From positions 371,997 to 435,996 of the forward strand of contig JBFIHX010000001.1 in assembly GCA_041601615.1 (NCBI GenBank): a stretch of DNA of 64,000 bases. Direction: 5' to 3'. A program made the position numbers and the translations under genes. Source of the DNA: Thermoplasmatota archaeon (GTDB taxonomy: Archaea; Thermoplasmatota; E2; JACPAO01; JAHFTW01). Below are positions 60,590 to 64,000 of the stretch, one piece after another (the stretch's first letter is position 1; every line of letters begins with the position of its first letter). Under the pieces are notes generated by a model. It was not told where the DNA came from and ran no database searches. It worked only from the letters and a program-made list of their open reading frames with translations.

Positions 60590-61546
60590 ATGTACCGCCG
60601 CATCATCGCAGCAACTGTCTTCCTGGCCTTGTTTGCCTCCATGGCACTCATGCCCGTGGTCAGTGCACAAGCCTCGATCATCACGAACAGCGCGAACACG
60701 AAGGGTATTCCCATCTCCCCGCTGCTTCCCGAGATCGACACCGCAGGCATTTCCCTCGGTTTCACCTACAAAATGCCCCAACAGGCATACAATGCCCTGG
60801 GACTTTCCCAGGCGACCGCCGCCGCCTCCATCACCATCCAGTGCGATGACCCGAACATCATCGTCACTGGCCCGAAGAGTACTTCCATCACCCTCACGCC
60901 CGGCACTGACGCCGGTACCAGTGTCGAGAAGGACTTCACTTTCGGCCCCCTGGTTGTCTCGGTCACACGCGACCTGCCCGGCCTGAAGCAGATTGAGTGC
61001 AATTACTCCGCGACTGTCGATGCCGTCGGCCCCACCACCGCGGGCATCGCACAGGCAACCGGCGGCGAGAGTTCCTTCACCGTCAGTGCGAAGTTCTACT
61101 CCGTCATCCAATCCAAGGTCGCCCAGCAAATCAAGCAAGCCGGCCCTCAGAAGGACGTGCCCTTTGAAATCCAACTGGACAACTTCGGCAACGCCCGCAC
61201 CCAGGTCTCGTTCGAGATCAACGAGCGCCCCGGCAGCGGCAAGTGGAATGCAGTCGTCCCCGGCGACATCATTCTCGACAGCCCCGCCAGCGGCGGTGCC
61301 AAGACATCCGACACGGCAGTCTTCACCATCACAACGCCGTACAAGAACGGATGGAACAACGAGCAGGGCACCTACCGCCTCAAGATGAAGACCTTCGCCG
61401 CAGACGACCCCAGCCAGGAGGGCATCGAGCTCTTCTCCAACGTGCTGGTCCGTGTGCGCGGTGTCTACGTCCCCAGCCTCGAGCCCTTCGTGATGGTCGG
61501 CGCCGTCCTTGGCAGCGCCCTCATCGCCCGCAGGAAGCTCCAGTAA
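60590..61546 (+). CDS. Cell-surface protein with C-terminal membrane anchor (choice-of-anchor T / PGF-CTERM-like)
   Basis: Signal peptide, beta-rich body, C-terminal VPSLEP + TM + RRK. Confidence 0.7.
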   Translation: MYRRIIAATVFLALFASMALMPVVSAQASIITNSANTKGIPISPLLPEIDTAGISLGFTYKMPQQAYNALGLSQATAAASITIQCDDPNIIVTGPKSTSITLTPGTDAGTSVEKDFTFGPLVVSVTRDLPGLKQIECNYSATVDAVGPTTAGIAQATGGESSFTVSAKFYSVIQSKVAQQIKQAGPQKDVPFEIQLDNFGNARTQVSFEINERPGSGKWNAVVPGDIILDSPASGGAKTSDTAVFTITTPYKNGWNNEQGTYRLKMKTFAADDPSQEGIELFSNVLVRVRGVYVPSLEPFVMVGAVLGSALIARRKLQ

Positions 61547-61612
61547 AGCGGTCGTGACACTCCTCGCTTTTTCCCGTCCTCCCCTCTCCTCATTCCTCCC
61601 TCTTCCAATCCT

Positions 61613-63241
61613 TTGGTGGAACCGGTGATTCGACCCGTCCTCGTTTTGATCATCCTGGCGGCTTTCGTTCCCGTCACTGCAGCCCAGCAAGTGGAACTTC
61701 TTGGCCTTGAAGTAGAGGTCTCTGAATCGCTCGTCGTCGTCCCTCTTGGCGGCGTTGGCCCCTTCGTGGTCACCGTTACGGACCGCTCGAACGACGGGAC
61801 GGGAAACATTCCAGGTGGGCCTGCCGCAGGACTTGTCCACACCGTCACGTTCGAGGTTGAAGGCGACCAACCTCGCGGCTGGTCCATGAATATTCCTCCA
61901 AGCCGCGTCATCAACAGTGGGCAATCCATCGATTTCCAATTCCGTTTCCTATCGACCCAAGCGGTGGGAAATCCATACTATCCTGTTACTATCGGCGTCA
62001 TCCTGAGTGGCAACGGCGAGTCCATTCGCCACAACCTTACAGTCACCGCATACTCACCCGGCCGAGACGGTTTCAACGCGCAGGTCTCGAGCTCCTTTCA
62101 GGTCGCCCCCGAACAAATTGAATCGGTACCCCTGAAGATCACCAACATCGGCCTTTACCCTCGCACGTTTGATCTTGCAGTCGGAGACAACCCCTGCGGC
62201 GTCGGAATCGTGCCCCCTTCCAGCATCTTAGTAGCTGGCAAGTCGACCTTGGAAATTTCCATCAGCCTTCAGGGCCCCACGGACAAAATCTGGTACTTCA
62301 CGGAGGCCTGTTCCATCACCCTCCGTCTCATCCCCCAGGACAACCCCAACATCGATCAGACCGTCATCCTTGGCGGCCAGGTCAACGGGGGCTATTTCAA
62401 CCCCGTCTGGGCCTTCTGGGCTGTCGCCATTGTCTTGGCTGCGATCCTGCTCTTCTTCTTCATTGCAGGCCGCAAGGCCCGCATCGAGGAGGAACTCCTG
62501 GGCAAGCCGCAACGCCCGTGGACGATTCCGGTTGAAGCGGTGTACCTGAAGCACCTCAAGGAGCGCGACCCTCGCGCCCATTACGTGGTGCGCCACTTCC
62601 TGATGGAAGAAGAATACCAGTCCTCGCTCCTGTGGTACAAGGAATTCAAGCACGCTACCCGTGGCGGCCGTTCCAAGGAACGCCTCGTGGTGGCCCAGGA
62701 GCACAAGCTCGAACGCTTCGAGAAGCGCTGGAAGCGCCGCCTTGCGCATCCGTTGTTATTGGCAGACCGCCTCGAGTCAAAGCTTCAGAAGAAACTGGAC
62801 CGCAAAGGCAAGGGGTCGCTTCGCAAGCAGCACCGCAACTGGCGCAAAATCACGAAGAAAATGCAGGCGGCGCATGAGGCCAAGGTCTCGAAGGCGACAG
62901 AGAAGTGGGAAAAGCAAGCCGCCAAGGCAGCCAAGAAGGGCAAACCTGCCCCAGAGGCGCCCACGTTTGCCACCCCAGACTATCCTATCGAGCCGAGCCT
63001 GGACCGCCTTCTTCTGGCAGACCACAAGTGGAACAAGAAGGCGGAGCGGTTCCGCCGCAAGCAGGTCAAGCGCCAGGGCAACCTAGAGGTCAAGTTCGAA
63101 CGCAAGGAAGCGCGGTTGCTTCGCAAGGTGCGCCGGCGCGTGGAGAAGGTTGCGCGCAAGCTGGACGATCCTGATTTCGCCGCAGAGCACCCGATGCTGG
63201 GCGGCAAGTCGGCTGCGAAGGCTGCCCGCAAGCAGCATTGA
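61613..63241 (+). CDS. Membrane protein: extracellular Ig-like domains, TM helix, highly basic cytoplasmic tail
   Basis: Signal peptide, ITNIG motif, TM helix, then K/R-rich coiled-coil-like segment. Confidence 0.75.
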   Translation: MVEPVIRPVLVLIILAAFVPVTAAQQVELLGLEVEVSESLVVVPLGGVGPFVVTVTDRSNDGTGNIPGGPAAGLVHTVTFEVEGDQPRGWSMNIPPSRVINSGQSIDFQFRFLSTQAVGNPYYPVTIGVILSGNGESIRHNLTVTAYSPGRDGFNAQVSSSFQVAPEQIESVPLKITNIGLYPRTFDLAVGDNPCGVGIVPPSSILVAGKSTLEISISLQGPTDKIWYFTEACSITLRLIPQDNPNIDQTVILGGQVNGGYFNPVWAFWAVAIVLAAILLFFFIAGRKARIEEELLGKPQRPWTIPVEAVYLKHLKERDPRAHYVVRHFLMEEEYQSSLLWYKEFKHATRGGRSKERLVVAQEHKLERFEKRWKRRLAHPLLLADRLESKLQKKLDRKGKGSLRKQHRNWRKITKKMQAAHEAKVSKATEKWEKQAAKAAKKGKPAPEAPTFATPDYPIEPSLDRLLLADHKWNKKAERFRRKQVKRQGNLEVKFERKEARLLRKVRRRVEKVARKLDDPDFAAEHPMLGGKSAAKAARKQH

Positions 63242-63277
63242 GTTGGCCCGCGGGTTCGGCTTGACCCGGTGTTCCGC

Positions 63278-63721
63278 CTAGTCCTTCATGGGCTTGAGAT
63301 CTACGACTTTGATGTCGTAGTTCATGGGGCAATCGATTTTCTTGCCCACTTTGTCAATGGCGTACCGGACGCCCGGGGCGACACCCATGGGATGGCACAG
63401 TTTCCAGTTCTTGCACTCGGGGTAGCCGCAGTCAATGGGGGTCCAGGTGGCAGCGGTTCCCTTCAGGTGCTTGGGGGCGAGGCTGGTTTGGAAGCCGGCG
63501 CGTTGTACCTTGACGGCGGCCACTCGGCCCTCGTCGTGCAATTCGCAGGGGTGGCGCACGTTGCGCACTTCCATCACTTCGTACATGGCTCCTGCTTGAA
63601 GGTTGAAGCAGAGCTTTTGGACGGGGCACCCAGCGCATTCGATGCCCTTGTTGGGCCCGAGGAAAGTAAAGCGGTAGCCGGGCTTGGCAAGCTCGACGGG
63701 GACAAGGGTGAGGCCCTCCAT
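63278..63721 (-). CDS. UPF0179 family protein
   Basis: ECAGCPVQKLC, HPCELH, CGYPECKNWKLC and IDCP Cys pattern of this archaeal family. Confidence 0.85.
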   Translation of the reverse strand: MEGLTLVPVELAKPGYRFTFLGPNKGIECAGCPVQKLCFNLQAGAMYEVMEVRNVRHPCELHDEGRVAAVKVQRAGFQTSLAPKHLKGTAATWTPIDCGYPECKNWKLCHPMGVAPGVRYAIDKVGKKIDCPMNYDIKVVDLKPMKD

Positions 63722-63819
63722 GTTCGCGCGACGATGGGGGGGTTCTTGAGGTTGGGGCTTGCGGTCGGCCCGGACCTATCCAGATTGTCCGATTGTGCGG
63801 TGCCTGGGACGGCCGTGTT

Positions 63820-64000
63820 CTACAACACACCCGTCGTGTTGCAAGCCGACAAAGCGGCATCCTTGGTGAGACCGCTACCGCCGAGGATCGTATACCGTGA
63901 CCAGCGTGGTCGCGCGCATAGGGGGGCCTACGACCCCCCGGTTCATCGATGAGCGATCCTACAACACACCCGTCGTCTTGCAAGCCGACAAGGCAGCGTC
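63820..64000 (-). repeat. 42-bp duplication (63820-63861 and 63959-64000), probably the 3' end of a minus-strand gene running off the window
   Basis: 4 mismatches, all at codon third positions: DAALSACKTTGVL* versus DAALSACNTTGVL*. Confidence 0.75.

Noticed and set aside
63820-64000. Start of a CRISPR array
   Set aside because: The 97-nt spacer is too long and the mismatches follow codon periodicity.

Overview
GC-rich archaeal chromosome segment, most likely Thermoplasmatota (inferred from Elp3, membrane LonB, archaeal-type ProRS, NadM, a CoaD-YjjX fusion, UPF0179 and many lipoproteins). Most of it is housekeeping and surface-protein genes plus two tRNA-Thr genes. The main discovery is a 12.0-kb transposon-like element (13528-25565). 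It has perfect 20-bp terminal inverted repeats (CACGAGCGTTCCAAAAGTCC), a target-site duplication (GTGATGC) and subterminal repeats, but no recognisable transposase or integrase. It carries a Type I R-M operon with an embedded AbiJ/HEPN-like gene, two AbrB-like genes around a palindrome-rich divergent promoter, a micro-ORF plus a TPR-like protein, and an unexplained ~1.7-kb non-coding region. That region is built of four motif-saturated blocks and eight symmetrically oriented ACAGGAG boxes. Elsewhere there are small AT-rich cassettes, three duplications of gene ends, a family of secreted Cys-rich miniproteins and several unusual domain fusions. All family calls come from reading motifs by eye; no database searches were run.
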